Source: Dhillonvirus LF50P3. From it: DNA of 45,099 nucleotides. The notes beneath the pieces are model-generated. The model had not been told where the DNA came from. It made no database searches and was given only the letters and a program-made list of their open reading frames with translations. The position numbers were made by a program, and so were the translations under genes. The DNA lies in sequence record OZ035753.1. One strand, written 5' to 3'. Positions within the stretch are counted from its first letter, which is position 1. Each line of letters opens with the position of its first letter. Below are positions 26,769 to 35,758 of this stretch, piece after piece.

Positions 26769-27219
26769 GATCTTGGTCTATCGCGTACAGGGCAATCTTA
26801 TCGCCTTTCGTCAAGATGCGCTGCACGCGCTTTGACTCCTCGGCGCTCATAGGGCGAGCGTTCGGGTATAGGCTGCCGTTTGTGGGATTGCGCCACGCCA
26901 CAAGCACCAGATCTTTCCGGTCGATCTTAGACTGGCGGCCCTTCGGTCGCACGTACGCCTCGGCCCGTTTGCAATGCTCGCGCAGACCTTCGGCAGTGAT
27001 GCGGTTTAGCGCGACGGTGGTTGTGTACCCGGTGCGCTGCATAATACCCATCAACTCATACAGCAGTTCGAAGCGCTCCTCTAACTCCTTGCGCATCTTT
27101 TCCTCGCCTTCATAGCTCGCCAGGTAGGTATCCGCCAGCGCGTTCGCCCGTTCGACCTGTTCGCGGGCTTCGAGGCATTGCGCGGCCCAGTAATTTTTCT
27201 CTTCTTGTAAAATTTTCAT
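26755..27219 (-). CDS. hypothetical protein
   Basis: ORF from MKILQEEKNYWAAQ with RBS GGAGA; promoter-like element 27266–27294 upstream; helical and charged, no confident motif. Confidence 0.5.
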   Translation of the reverse strand: MKILQEEKNYWAAQCLEAREQVERANALADTYLASYEGEEKMRKELEERFELLYELMGIMQRTGYTTTVALNRITAEGLREHCKRAEAYVRPKGRQSKIDRKDLVLVAWRNPTNGSLYPNARPMSAEESKRVQRILTKGDKIALYAIDQDHAEE

Positions 27220-27265
27220 CGTGTTGTCTCCAGGTATTAAAAAGGGCGTCCAACCGGACACCCTT

Positions 27266-27294
27266 AAGATAATGCAACCAATCTAATTATGCAA
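27266..27294 (-). promoter_or_regulatory. sigma70-like promoter candidate with tandem TTGGTTGCA elements
   Basis: Minus-strand reading aTTGGTTGCATaattagaTTGGTTGCATTATCTT: TTGCAT, 17-nt spacer, TATCTT. Confidence 0.45.
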
Positions 27295-27299
27295 CCAAT

Positions 27300-27623
27300 T
27301 TACGAATAAAAATTTGGGTCGCGTGCAACGTCTACCAGATACAGATTGCAGATTCGGTTGCCGTAGTGGCCTGGTGTTCGCTGGCGGCACACAACGGCGT
27401 AGCCTGGAGGAATTGTATTGCCGGTCGCGATAATCCACGCCACGCGTGCGCCCGATAGAGTTTTGCCGTTGCATTCGATGCGCGTGCCGCCATCTGCAGT
27501 GTTAAGGTTGCCGATTTTGCAGCCGGTGGACTTCAGACGAATGACGCCGGTTTTGCTGTCGTAGGTGAATAGCTGGTTAGTCATTGCGACCGAAAAGTCG
27601 ATGGCTTCGAATGTCGTATTCAT
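27300..27623 (-). CDS. HNH-like endonuclease, possibly degenerate
   Basis: 107-aa ORF whose layout (YDSKTGVIRLK...GKTLSGARVAWIIATG...GNRICNLYLV) resembles small phage HNH homing-endonuclease-like proteins, but the canonical His-Asn-His residues are not clearly present. Confidence 0.45.
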   Translation of the reverse strand: MNTTFEAIDFSVAMTNQLFTYDSKTGVIRLKSTGCKIGNLNTADGGTRIECNGKTLSGARVAWIIATGNTIPPGYAVVCRQRTPGHYGNRICNLYLVDVARDPNFYS

Positions 27624-28330
27624 TTTAAATTTTCCTCGTTAACCGCTATCGCGAAGCCGCGCGGAGTGAGCGACCGGATTAATTTTGTGCGGGCTGATTT
27701 GCCTCCGAGGCGACTATACTGCTTCGAGTACCCTTTTTCAACGAAAACGGGTTTCTTCTCTGGCATACGGAAGCCGTTGCCGGTCCATAAGCAGGTCAGC
27801 TTCGGATATGAATCGCGGGCGTTGATGTATTCCGGGAAGAGCGGGTGTACGTCATCCTCCGGCAGATATCCCCCATACTCCCACGGGTCGAATGAGTGAT
27901 CCGGTTTGCGCCACTGGGTGGATAGCACACTGCGCGGATTCTCAATCATATATGGCACTTCGAAGAAGTCACCCAGGTAAGCGGCGATCTTCGCGGTGCG
28001 CACCGCCTTAAGCTGAAAGGCTGGGTCTTTTGCACGCTTGCGCGGGAAAGCTGGCGCACCGCTCACTGCCAGATCCGTGCACGGAGGAAACGCATAGATG
28101 ATATCTGGCGTACCGAAATCGCCATTCATCGCACGGTCTACAAAGTCCAGATCGATAAACTCATTGCGATACCGGATTCCGCGACCATAAATCCGGTAGT
28201 CAAGGTAAGACCCGTGATCGGCTTCGGAGTAGTTGAAGCAATAACACTTATGCCCCATCTCAGCCGCACGCTCAATCATCAAGCCGCTGCCGTCAAACAA
28301 CGACCAGATTGTCATTTTAGCAATAGTCAT
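27620..28330 (-). CDS. C5-cytosine DNA methyltransferase-like protein (compact)
   Basis: 236-aa ORF with motif I-like SLFDGSG, motif IV-like AFPPCTDLAVSG (catalytic Cys, Thr in place of the usual Gln) and motif VI-like MIENPRS; shorter than typical C5 methyltransferases. Confidence 0.5.
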   Translation of the reverse strand: MTIAKMTIWSLFDGSGLMIERAAEMGHKCYCFNYSEADHGSYLDYRIYGRGIRYRNEFIDLDFVDRAMNGDFGTPDIIYAFPPCTDLAVSGAPAFPRKRAKDPAFQLKAVRTAKIAAYLGDFFEVPYMIENPRSVLSTQWRKPDHSFDPWEYGGYLPEDDVHPLFPEYINARDSYPKLTCLWTGNGFRMPEKKPVFVEKGYSKQYSRLGGKSARTKLIRSLTPRGFAIAVNEENLK

Positions 28331-29787
28331 TTGCGCGCCTTTTTAGCTTTCATGTATTCCATCAAGTCGTCCTGGATATCTCGCTTACTGTCGCGGCGCT
28401 CGGCGACCAATTCGTCCAGTGTCCCGCGCGCCTGGATAATGTAGACGAATACCGGTCGAGGGTGTCCGGCCTGCATCTGGCGAACCGGCCCGATACGTTC
28501 AACGATCTGCGAAAAGTGCTCAAAGTTCCAGGTATCGGAGAAGATTGCCAGGTGATGACCGCCGTCCTGCAAGTTAAGGCCGTGGCCCGCCGATGCCGGG
28601 TGCGCAAACATGATGGGGATCTCGCCTCTGTTCCACGCTTCCATATCCTTATTGCCCTGCTTACCTTTACCCAGCGCAACGCCGTGCGGAAATTTCTTCT
28701 TAAGACGTGCCAGGTCATGCTTGTACTGATACGCAACGAGCAACGGCGCACCGTTCAACTCCTCCACGATACTTTCCAGCGCGTCCAGTTTGGCGTCGTG
28801 AATCTTCACCCACTCGTCGGTCCTTTCGCCGTCTTCGTCCACCTTATACACAGCGCCGGAAGCAAGCTGAAGGCACTTAATTGTCTTCGATGCCGCGTTC
28901 GCCGCTTCCACAGTCCCGCTTTCCAGTTCGGCGAATAGCTCGCTTTCAAACTGGTCGTAAATCTTGCGGGCTTTCTTCGGCAGGTCCACAACAACAGGCG
29001 TATAGATTGGCTTGTCGCACCCGAAATATTCAGCCGCGTCAACGGTGAGGGATACATCTGACAGACGTTGTTGTATCTCTTTCTCGGAGTTCTTTAGCGG
29101 AGCGTGCTGCATAGTGAAGCTGCCAGGCTTAACAGGCTTGCTAATGAACCAGCGGTCGGTAAATGCCTTATAGCTACTGCCGAGGCGTTCGCCACCGTCG
29201 ACAAACCACGTCTGACCCCATAAGTCTTTCAGCCCGTTGGGTGCGGGTGTGCCTGTAAGGTTAATCCAGCGCTTGACGTGTTTATGTGCAATCGCTGCCA
29301 GTGCGCGGGCGCGCTTGCTCCCCTGCTTGCTACGATAGCCTTTCAGCTTAGTCGATTCATCGGCAACAACGACCGTAAAGGGCCACGCATCGCCGTAATA
29401 TTCGACCAGCCACTCAACCACATCGTAGTTAACACAAACCACGTTAGCGTCGCTCTCAAGCGCGGCAATACGGTCCTTCTCCGGTCCGGTGCCGTCTACG
29501 ACCAGCAGGGATGAGAACCGCCATTTCTCCTGTTCCGGGGGCCATGTACCCGACGCAACACGCAGCGGGGCCAGCACCAGTACGCGGTCCTCATGATGGG
29601 ACAGGACGCCAGTCTGGAACATTTTATTCAGCGCCCACATTGTCGCGCCGGTTTTACCGGATCCCATTGTCGCCCATATATTACATCGCTTATGCTTGAG
29701 GATGAACGCGGTTATCAACTTCTGATATTCGCGGCGTCGGAAACGTGCCATATCTTTATTCCGCCTTTTTCCAGACTTCTGTTTCAC
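28327..29787 (-). CDS. SNF2/DEAD-like superfamily II helicase
   Basis: 486-aa ORF with Walker A-like MGSGKTG, DEAD-box-like VVADESTKL and C-terminal helicase-domain motifs. Confidence 0.8.
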   Translation of the reverse strand: MKQKSGKRRNKDMARFRRREYQKLITAFILKHKRCNIWATMGSGKTGATMWALNKMFQTGVLSHHEDRVLVLAPLRVASGTWPPEQEKWRFSSLLVVDGTGPEKDRIAALESDANVVCVNYDVVEWLVEYYGDAWPFTVVVADESTKLKGYRSKQGSKRARALAAIAHKHVKRWINLTGTPAPNGLKDLWGQTWFVDGGERLGSSYKAFTDRWFISKPVKPGSFTMQHAPLKNSEKEIQQRLSDVSLTVDAAEYFGCDKPIYTPVVVDLPKKARKIYDQFESELFAELESGTVEAANAASKTIKCLQLASGAVYKVDEDGERTDEWVKIHDAKLDALESIVEELNGAPLLVAYQYKHDLARLKKKFPHGVALGKGKQGNKDMEAWNRGEIPIMFAHPASAGHGLNLQDGGHHLAIFSDTWNFEHFSQIVERIGPVRQMQAGHPRPVFVYIIQARGTLDELVAERRDSKRDIQDDLMEYMKAKKARK

Positions 29788-29989
29788 TGTTCCAGTTCCT
29801 TTTTGTGGCGTCGTAGTTGGTGGCGTGTCCGATGTGCACGCCGGTCGCCCGGAAGCTCTTAAATTTTTGCCAGCACACCGTTAACGGCAGCGGGTAATTC
29901 ATGCCCGCGATAAACCATACGCGATCGCCTGGTTTGCATTCGCCCAGTGTGGTGAGTCGGTAGTGTTCTTTCATCGTCATGTCTCCCAA
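29756..29989 (-). CDS. hypothetical small protein
   Basis: 77-aa ORF overlapping the helicase start; no motif; may start at an internal Met. Confidence 0.3.
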   Translation of the reverse strand: MGDMTMKEHYRLTTLGECKPGDRVWFIAGMNYPLPLTVCWQKFKSFRATGVHIGHATNYDATKRNWNSETEVWKKAE

Positions 29990-30017
29990 AAATGGCGGGA
30001 CAAGCCCGCCGTATTAA

Positions 30018-30191
30018 TTATGCTTGCGCTGCGCGGTAACGGCGCTGCCGTTCACGCTCTTTTTTATTGCGGCATGATTTGCACTCGGCCCTATACCCGT
30101 CTGGACTGCGCGCAGTCTTACCGGTGTATTTGTGGAACTGGGATAGCGGCTTGATGCAACCGCAATTACTGCAGCGTTTTTCTTCAATCAT
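30018..30191 (-). CDS. zinc-ribbon-like small protein
   Basis: 57-aa ORF from MIEEKRCSNCGC with RBS GAGGA 8 nt upstream; two Cys pairs (CSNCGC ... CKSC) and a basic C-terminus. Confidence 0.45.
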   Translation of the reverse strand: MIEEKRCSNCGCIKPLSQFHKYTGKTARSPDGYRAECKSCRNKKERERQRRYRAAQA

Positions 30192-30231
30192 TTCTAAAAT
30201 CCTCGTTAGTGCTAACCTGCTCACTATACTG

Positions 30232-30510
30232 TTACGCGACCAATTCAGCAACCAATAAATCACAGTCGGCTATGTTGTCGATGACGCGAACGTCCGCACC
30301 GCGGCGGGCCATCCGCTCATGTTCTCGTACCTGGTGCGGCTTCGGTTTGCCTCCGGGGCGCTTCACTTCGACGAAAACTATTCTGCCGTTGATGATGATA
30401 ATCAGATCGGGCGCACCGGCGCGCCCCTCCCAAGCCACTTTGCGGCAGAATCCGCCGACGGCTTTCACCAGCTTCATAAGGTGACTTTGAATCTTGCCTT
30501 CTGGTGTCAT
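30232..30510 (-). CDS. VRR-NUC domain nuclease
   Basis: 92-aa ORF with PDLIIIINGRIVFVEVKRPGGK, the D...E.K core of VRR-NUC/PD-(D/E)xK nucleases commonly found next to phage helicase genes. Confidence 0.7.
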   Translation of the reverse strand: MTPEGKIQSHLMKLVKAVGGFCRKVAWEGRAGAPDLIIIINGRIVFVEVKRPGGKPKPHQVREHERMARRGADVRVIDNIADCDLLVAELVA

Positions 30511-30702
30511 TTAGTTTGCAATTCCACGTTACGCAGACGAAGGTCTACCGGTATATCCGATCGACCGGTTAGCGCCAGCGCCAGGTTTTCAGGCGTGACA
30601 AGTGCCGTTATGGTCTTGCCACGTTCCAGTCTAATGACGATTCGAATCTCGTCATTGTCCGTCGCTCCAGCGCGCATAATGCTCATTTCTGCTTTCATAA
30701 TC

Positions 30703-32994
30703 TTACTTCCTGTACCTGTACATAATGTCGCCTTCGGCGGCAAGTGGGAAGCCTTTCGCCCAAATAGGCAGGTCGCACATCAGCGCGCAAAGCTCCTCGG
30801 TCGTGTAGTCGTCGGTGTCCGGCACTTCTGTGATCAATTCGTCGTGTACTGACAGGACGATTTCATACCCCGCAGCTTCAACGCCAGGCATGGACCATGC
30901 GAGAATATCGCGACACAACGCCTGTACGATGTTCTCCGTCAGTTTGCCGCCGTAGGTATACTGGAATCCCCACTGGCGCGTCGTCTGATTCTCGCCCTGA
31001 TATTTAATGCGTGTGCTGGTGCGCTTCTTGCCGGTGTCTTCGTCAATCTCGGTAGTGACAGACAGCGCGATGCCCGGGTAGCTCATGATGCGCCCCGACG
31101 GCAACTCAATTTTCAACCACCAACCGGCGGCGTTAGGGTCGTCGCGCTCCTCGTCGAAGGTTGGGTCGTGCTTCGCCTTCGTACGGACAATCTTGAGCGC
31201 TTTTCTACCGTCCGGGCGAACGTTCGCGCCCGCCCAGTATGCTTTGCCCGGATTGCGGATTGCACACAACACCGCGTCCTCAAGCTCGGCCCAAAAGGCT
31301 ACCGTCTTCGGGTGAGCCTCACGCCACATACGTTTGATTGCGTCACAAGTAAGCCATACGTTTTTCGGCAGTATGTATGTTGGGCGCTCGTCTTTCTTAC
31401 CTGGCTTCGGTGGGCGTTTCGCTTCGTTAATGCGGGCGTACTCATAACCACGTTTCGCCGCCGCCCAAATGTGATCCGGGAACGTGCCTTTCATCACGTC
31501 CGCCATAGTGTAAAGGTCGAGGCCCAGGTTTTTAGCGAACTGCAAGAACGCCGCGACGCCGCCACCATAGCCCAGTCCCAATTCGCACGCCTTACCAATC
31601 TGGCGTAAGTCCTTGCGGTTGGCTTTAATGTAATCCGGGTCCAGGCCGAACATCTTACCGGCAGTCTCACAATAGATATCGCGACCGGCCTTAAACACCA
31701 TGAGCGCTGTTTTCTCGCCCGCGATCCAGGCAAGGCCACGCCCTTCCACGTTGGAGTAGTCCGCTACGACAAACTTCTTGCCCTTCGCCGGAATAATGCA
31801 CCCGCGAACGGTCGAGGCGGTTAGCTTCGATATGTCATACGCCCAGTGCGCGGTCCCGCGTAACAGGGAGTTGATGCCGTTGGTGAGCATGTGCGACCGG
31901 ACCCAAAACGAGACGTCGCTTTCGCCTTCGCGGCGCTTAATCTTACCTTCGTGGTCGTCGCTATACTCGCCGCGTGCCAGGTTTTGAGGCTGAAAGCCTT
32001 TACCGGCCCAGCGCAGCGTGCGCTTTGCGCCGCCATACTGAAGACACCCACGGCGGCGACCATCGGCAGACAGGCCATTAACGAGCGGATTGTATTTAGT
32101 CGATGCCGTTGATGACGCTCCGAGGCGCATTTCGATAAGCGCTTTGCCCTCGTCGGGGAAGTCCGGGTCTTCAAGCAGGTCGTTAAGTGTGGATTTCTGC
32201 GCGTTGTGGATCGTGAACGCTGGGGCGATATCACGCAGGATTGGCAGGAAATCATTGCCGGTCAGCTTACCGCCAAATCGCTCCCAGGCTTCTTCCTTCA
32301 ATTCTTCCTTATGCGCCTGCACCGCTTTGATCGCGGCGTTCGCCAGGTCAACGTCCACATAGAAGCCGCGGTCGTTGATCAACTGGTCGATAAGCAGGAT
32401 TTCATCTTCCTTCGGAGTATTACCCCAGTCCGGTATGCGCCAGTAGACTTCACGCATTGCGATAATATCCAGCGCGGCATAGCGCAGAAATTTGGCCCAT
32501 TCTTCCGGGTGAGTCTCGCGAGTGTAGCGGCGTATTTTGTAGGTCTTAGGGGTAGGCTTACAGAATCGTTTAATCAGCGCCTTGCCTGCCTTATCCTTCG
32601 CGTGCTCTGCGTCAACGCCCAGCACCTGGCACTGCATATCGAGGCTACCCGGCAGCGCGTGGCGAAAGGCCATAATCATGGTGTCTTCGATCTGGCTTAC
32701 CGGCAGGTCGATGCCCCACTTCTCACGGATAACCAGGCGGTCAAACAGGAGGCCGTTAGCCATCACTATTTTTGCTTTCTTGCGGGATACATGGCGGAGC
32801 GCCTTGCGCAGTTCACGCGGCATTGTGGGGGATTCAGTGCAATCCCATGTCTGCACGCGGCCTTCGTCGATGGCGTAGGTGCAAATCATAATCTCGGTTG
32901 TTGGGTGCTCCGCGTAGGCGTACGCCCCAACTTTCTTCAGGTCCACCCCGCTAAATGTCTCGGTATCGAGAAACAGGCGTTCGAAGTCTTTCAT
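30703..32994 (-). CDS. DNA polymerase, family A, with N-terminal 3'-5' exonuclease domain
   Basis: 763-aa ORF: exonuclease motif LFLDTETFS; polymerase motif A VVADYSNVEGRGLAWIAGE; motif B RQIGKACELGLGYGGG; motif C VLSVHDELITE. Confidence 0.85.
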   Translation of the reverse strand: MKDFERLFLDTETFSGVDLKKVGAYAYAEHPTTEIMICTYAIDEGRVQTWDCTESPTMPRELRKALRHVSRKKAKIVMANGLLFDRLVIREKWGIDLPVSQIEDTMIMAFRHALPGSLDMQCQVLGVDAEHAKDKAGKALIKRFCKPTPKTYKIRRYTRETHPEEWAKFLRYAALDIIAMREVYWRIPDWGNTPKEDEILLIDQLINDRGFYVDVDLANAAIKAVQAHKEELKEEAWERFGGKLTGNDFLPILRDIAPAFTIHNAQKSTLNDLLEDPDFPDEGKALIEMRLGASSTASTKYNPLVNGLSADGRRRGCLQYGGAKRTLRWAGKGFQPQNLARGEYSDDHEGKIKRREGESDVSFWVRSHMLTNGINSLLRGTAHWAYDISKLTASTVRGCIIPAKGKKFVVADYSNVEGRGLAWIAGEKTALMVFKAGRDIYCETAGKMFGLDPDYIKANRKDLRQIGKACELGLGYGGGVAAFLQFAKNLGLDLYTMADVMKGTFPDHIWAAAKRGYEYARINEAKRPPKPGKKDERPTYILPKNVWLTCDAIKRMWREAHPKTVAFWAELEDAVLCAIRNPGKAYWAGANVRPDGRKALKIVRTKAKHDPTFDEERDDPNAAGWWLKIELPSGRIMSYPGIALSVTTEIDEDTGKKRTSTRIKYQGENQTTRQWGFQYTYGGKLTENIVQALCRDILAWSMPGVEAAGYEIVLSVHDELITEVPDTDDYTTEELCALMCDLPIWAKGFPLAAEGDIMYRYRK

Positions 32995-33161
32995 TGCTTT
33001 ATCCTCACTACGGCGTCAGCGCTGCCGATCATGGAGAAGATGCCGTCGGACAGGGCGATTTCTTCGCCGTTGTTGCGAATCTCGGCAACTGTGAAATATT
33101 CCCCCAGTAGCTTGGACCATACTTGCATTCCGACTTTTACTTCGCTGGCTTTAATACGCAT
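32991..33161 (-). CDS. hypothetical small protein translationally coupled to the polymerase
   Basis: 56-aa ORF (MRIKASEVKVG...) whose TGA stop overlaps the polymerase ATG (ATGA junction). Confidence 0.4.
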   Translation of the reverse strand: MRIKASEVKVGMQVWSKLLGEYFTVAEIRNNGEEIALSDGIFSMIGSADAVVRIKQ

Positions 33162-33177
33162 TTTTCATTGTCCTATT

Positions 33178-33199
33178 AAAAAGCCCGCATTAAGCGGGC
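33178..33199 (-). terminator. intrinsic terminator candidate after the SSB gene
   Basis: Minus-strand hairpin AGCCCGC-ttaat-GCGGGCT followed by TTTTT, downstream of the SSB stop at 33220. Confidence 0.5.
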
Positions 33200-33219
33200 T
33201 TGAATAGTGGGCTTTGCCC

Positions 33220-34002
33220 TTAACGGCGGCGACGTTTACGTGGCGCTTCGTCTTCGTCGTCGTCCTCATCTTCGTCATCGCGTGGCTTACGACGTTTGCG
33301 AGGTTTTTCATCTTCCTCATCGTCGTCGTCATCGCGGCGCTTGGATTTCTTGGACTTGCGCGGCTTGTCATCTTCGTCATCGTCATCACGACGTTTTGAC
33401 TTTTTGGACTTGCGCGGGCTTTCGTCTTCGTCATCGTTGTCCAGGTCTTCGTCGGAACATGAAGACCCGCCACCTCCGAAGGCTTCGCCGTCTTCACGGA
33501 ATCGCAGACCCAGCAAGCCAGCCCCGAGTCCCTTGCCGTTGGTATTGTTCCACGCCCAAATATCCAGGGACACATTGCAATAACAACCGGAGTAGATCTC
33601 CTGGCCTTCGATCTCGTCACCTTCTACGGTCAGACCTTGTTCCGTCTGCTTCTCGCCGAGTGACGTTTGAATGATCGGCTGTTTGAACGATTTGGCGTTG
33701 ATATACAACATGCCTTCGAATTCTTCGGTTACTTCATCGCGCTCGTCGCCGTCGCGCACTGCGCATTCCTTAGAATCCTGGGCGTAGTGGCGGTCCATCC
33801 ACTTATCGGCATTCTTCTCGGATTTCAGCTTGTCGGTGAGCACTGCGCGCGCTGCCGCTTCCACTTTGTCCACCTGCGGATCTTCTTTATCCAGAAGAAT
33901 CACGGCACGGTATGCCGGTTTTTGTCCATCCTGTTTAGGGGTATCACGTTCCCAAATTTTCAGGAAGCATACGCGCACATTTTTCAGGTTGACTTTAGCC
34001 AT
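33220..34002 (-). CDS. single-stranded DNA-binding protein, DUF2815-like (T7 gp2.5-type) with repetitive charged tail
   Basis: N-terminus MAKVNLKNVRVCFLKIWE typical of the DUF2815 phage SSB family; the C-terminal 80 residues are alternating poly-Asp/Glu and Lys/Arg blocks encoded by DNA-level tandem repeats. Confidence 0.6.
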   Translation of the reverse strand: MAKVNLKNVRVCFLKIWERDTPKQDGQKPAYRAVILLDKEDPQVDKVEAAARAVLTDKLKSEKNADKWMDRHYAQDSKECAVRDGDERDEVTEEFEGMLYINAKSFKQPIIQTSLGEKQTEQGLTVEGDEIEGQEIYSGCYCNVSLDIWAWNNTNGKGLGAGLLGLRFREDGEAFGGGGSSCSDEDLDNDDEDESPRKSKKSKRRDDDDEDDKPRKSKKSKRRDDDDDEEDEKPRKRRKPRDDEDEDDDEDEAPRKRRRR

Positions 34003-34092
34003 TTTCCAATTCCTCATTTTCACATATATCGGGGTTATTGGAAGCCACCCCGTTCGGCTTGGTTGCCAATTTACTTGGTTGCGCCTAAGCGG

Positions 34093-34335
34093 TCAAGCAT
34101 TTTCATTAAAAAGATTTCTGGTAACGTAGTCGGTAGCGTTCTCGATCCAGCTTAATGGCGGGCGGTCGATATTCTTCGCCCCCCAATCGGCGGCAGCTTC
34201 GCTATATCCGTCATCCAGCCAGCGGGTCGGATGCCGAATCATCCACGCCACCCTTAACACGCCATGCACACAATGCAGGATAAAGCCCAGCGCGCCGATA
34301 ACAAACATCAATAATATTGCGAATACTTTATTCAT
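34093..34335 (-). CDS. hypothetical membrane protein
   Basis: 80-aa ORF with N-terminal hydrophobic helix VFAILLMFVIGALGFILHCV. Confidence 0.4.
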   Translation of the reverse strand: MNKVFAILLMFVIGALGFILHCVHGVLRVAWMIRHPTRWLDDGYSEAAADWGAKNIDRPPLSWIENATDYVTRNLFNENA

Positions 34336-35758
34336 TGCTTAAGTCCTCGTCAGTAGCTACAGGCCACGCAGGGCGCGGGTCGTCGATGGGTGCTAATACC
34401 GGTTTAGCTGGTGCGCGCGTTATTTTATCACACAACTTTGCCCACACTTTCGGCTTCTCGTCCTTCAATACCTTCTCGGCATCAGTAGGGCTGAGTAATG
34501 TTTCTTTGTACATAACATCGCGCTTGATCCGGGCCTTCGTGAAGATTTCAATCACTTCGCTTTCGTCCGCCCACTTGCGGATCCCTTCCTTACCGGCAAC
34601 CATTTTGAGGCCCAGCGATTCGCCTTCGCCAGCCATAACCGCCTTGAATACCGCGGACTCTATAGCCTTGATGTGCTGGCGCATTGCGTCTAGACCTTCA
34701 TATGCCTTGCGCAGTTCTGCGGCGGTCATAGCGCCTGGGGCCGCTTCTTTCTTACCACGCTTCGCACGTCGTGCCGCTTTGCGGGCTTCGCGGGCCATAT
34801 TGCGGTCGTGATTGGCGCATTCTTCCTCTGTCGCAATACTCACGTCGTCGCCCAGGTCTTCGTCTGTTGCCGTTGGTGGGGCCATCGTGTCGATTGCGGC
34901 CTTAGCGCGGGCGCTACACTGATCCGCAAATCTGCACCACTGACACGCATCAACGCTCGGTCGGAAGTCGGCACGGGTGAGTCCCTTTTTGCCGCGGGCG
35001 TACGCTTCCAGGGCGGCGATAGCACGCTTGGACGCAAACTTCGCGAATATCTCCAGGGCTTCTACCGAAATATCCCACTCCGACGCCCCGCCGCAATACG
35101 GCTGGAAGATAACCAGGCGCACGGTCGTAATGTCGTACATGGATTGCAGCTTGCGCAGCAGGCCGAGCGCGTACAACATAAGCTGTTTGTTTTCTTTCGC
35201 CTCGACCTTATGTCGTCCCGTCTTCAGGTCGCCAACAATCAGCATGTACGTGCCGTCGGTCTTCTTCATGACCATGACCATATCCGCAGTGCCGAACGTC
35301 TTAACCCGGTTGCCGTCGATCTCGAAGCCAGAGTGTAGGACGCGGGTGAGATCGGCGCGCATCTCAAGCTGAACAAACTCCGCCACTTCGAGTAGCGGTC
35401 GCCAGTGGTCGATGTACGCGTCGCACTGTTTCACCATGTCGTCGTTGACCAGTACGCCGCCTTTCGGTGCTTTCGGGTGCGCCTTTACCGGCCCCTTACC
35501 TTCGTTCTCGACGTAGCACCCTTTGTACGTTTTCGCGGTTATCAGCTTCTCACCGGCGATAATGCGGTTGAGCACGACTTCCGATACGGTGTGCATACTC
35601 GTACCGTTAATAGCCGCTTGCCCGGATTCGTTCGGGATATCTTTTTCCACCACCAGGGCGGCGGGGCAACCCATCCATTTTTTAGCACCGGATGGGCCGA
35701 GTAATGAGTGTTCCGTGTTGCTGCCGGATTGCGTTTTACGTTTTGGTTTAATCGCCAT
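34328..35758 (-). CDS. Cas4/RecB-like PD-(D/E)xK nuclease, DUF2800-like, with C-terminal extension
   Basis: 476-aa ORF with N-terminal GPSGAKKWMGCPAA, central D...E.K-type core (LIVGDLKTG) and cysteine cluster CQWCRFADQC typical of Fe-S-containing Cas4-like nucleases; about 170-residue charged C-terminal extension. Confidence 0.65.
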   Translation of the reverse strand: MAIKPKRKTQSGSNTEHSLLGPSGAKKWMGCPAALVVEKDIPNESGQAAINGTSMHTVSEVVLNRIIAGEKLITAKTYKGCYVENEGKGPVKAHPKAPKGGVLVNDDMVKQCDAYIDHWRPLLEVAEFVQLEMRADLTRVLHSGFEIDGNRVKTFGTADMVMVMKKTDGTYMLIVGDLKTGRHKVEAKENKQLMLYALGLLRKLQSMYDITTVRLVIFQPYCGGASEWDISVEALEIFAKFASKRAIAALEAYARGKKGLTRADFRPSVDACQWCRFADQCSARAKAAIDTMAPPTATDEDLGDDVSIATEEECANHDRNMAREARKAARRAKRGKKEAAPGAMTAAELRKAYEGLDAMRQHIKAIESAVFKAVMAGEGESLGLKMVAGKEGIRKWADESEVIEIFTKARIKRDVMYKETLLSPTDAEKVLKDEKPKVWAKLCDKITRAPAKPVLAPIDDPRPAWPVATDEDLSNE

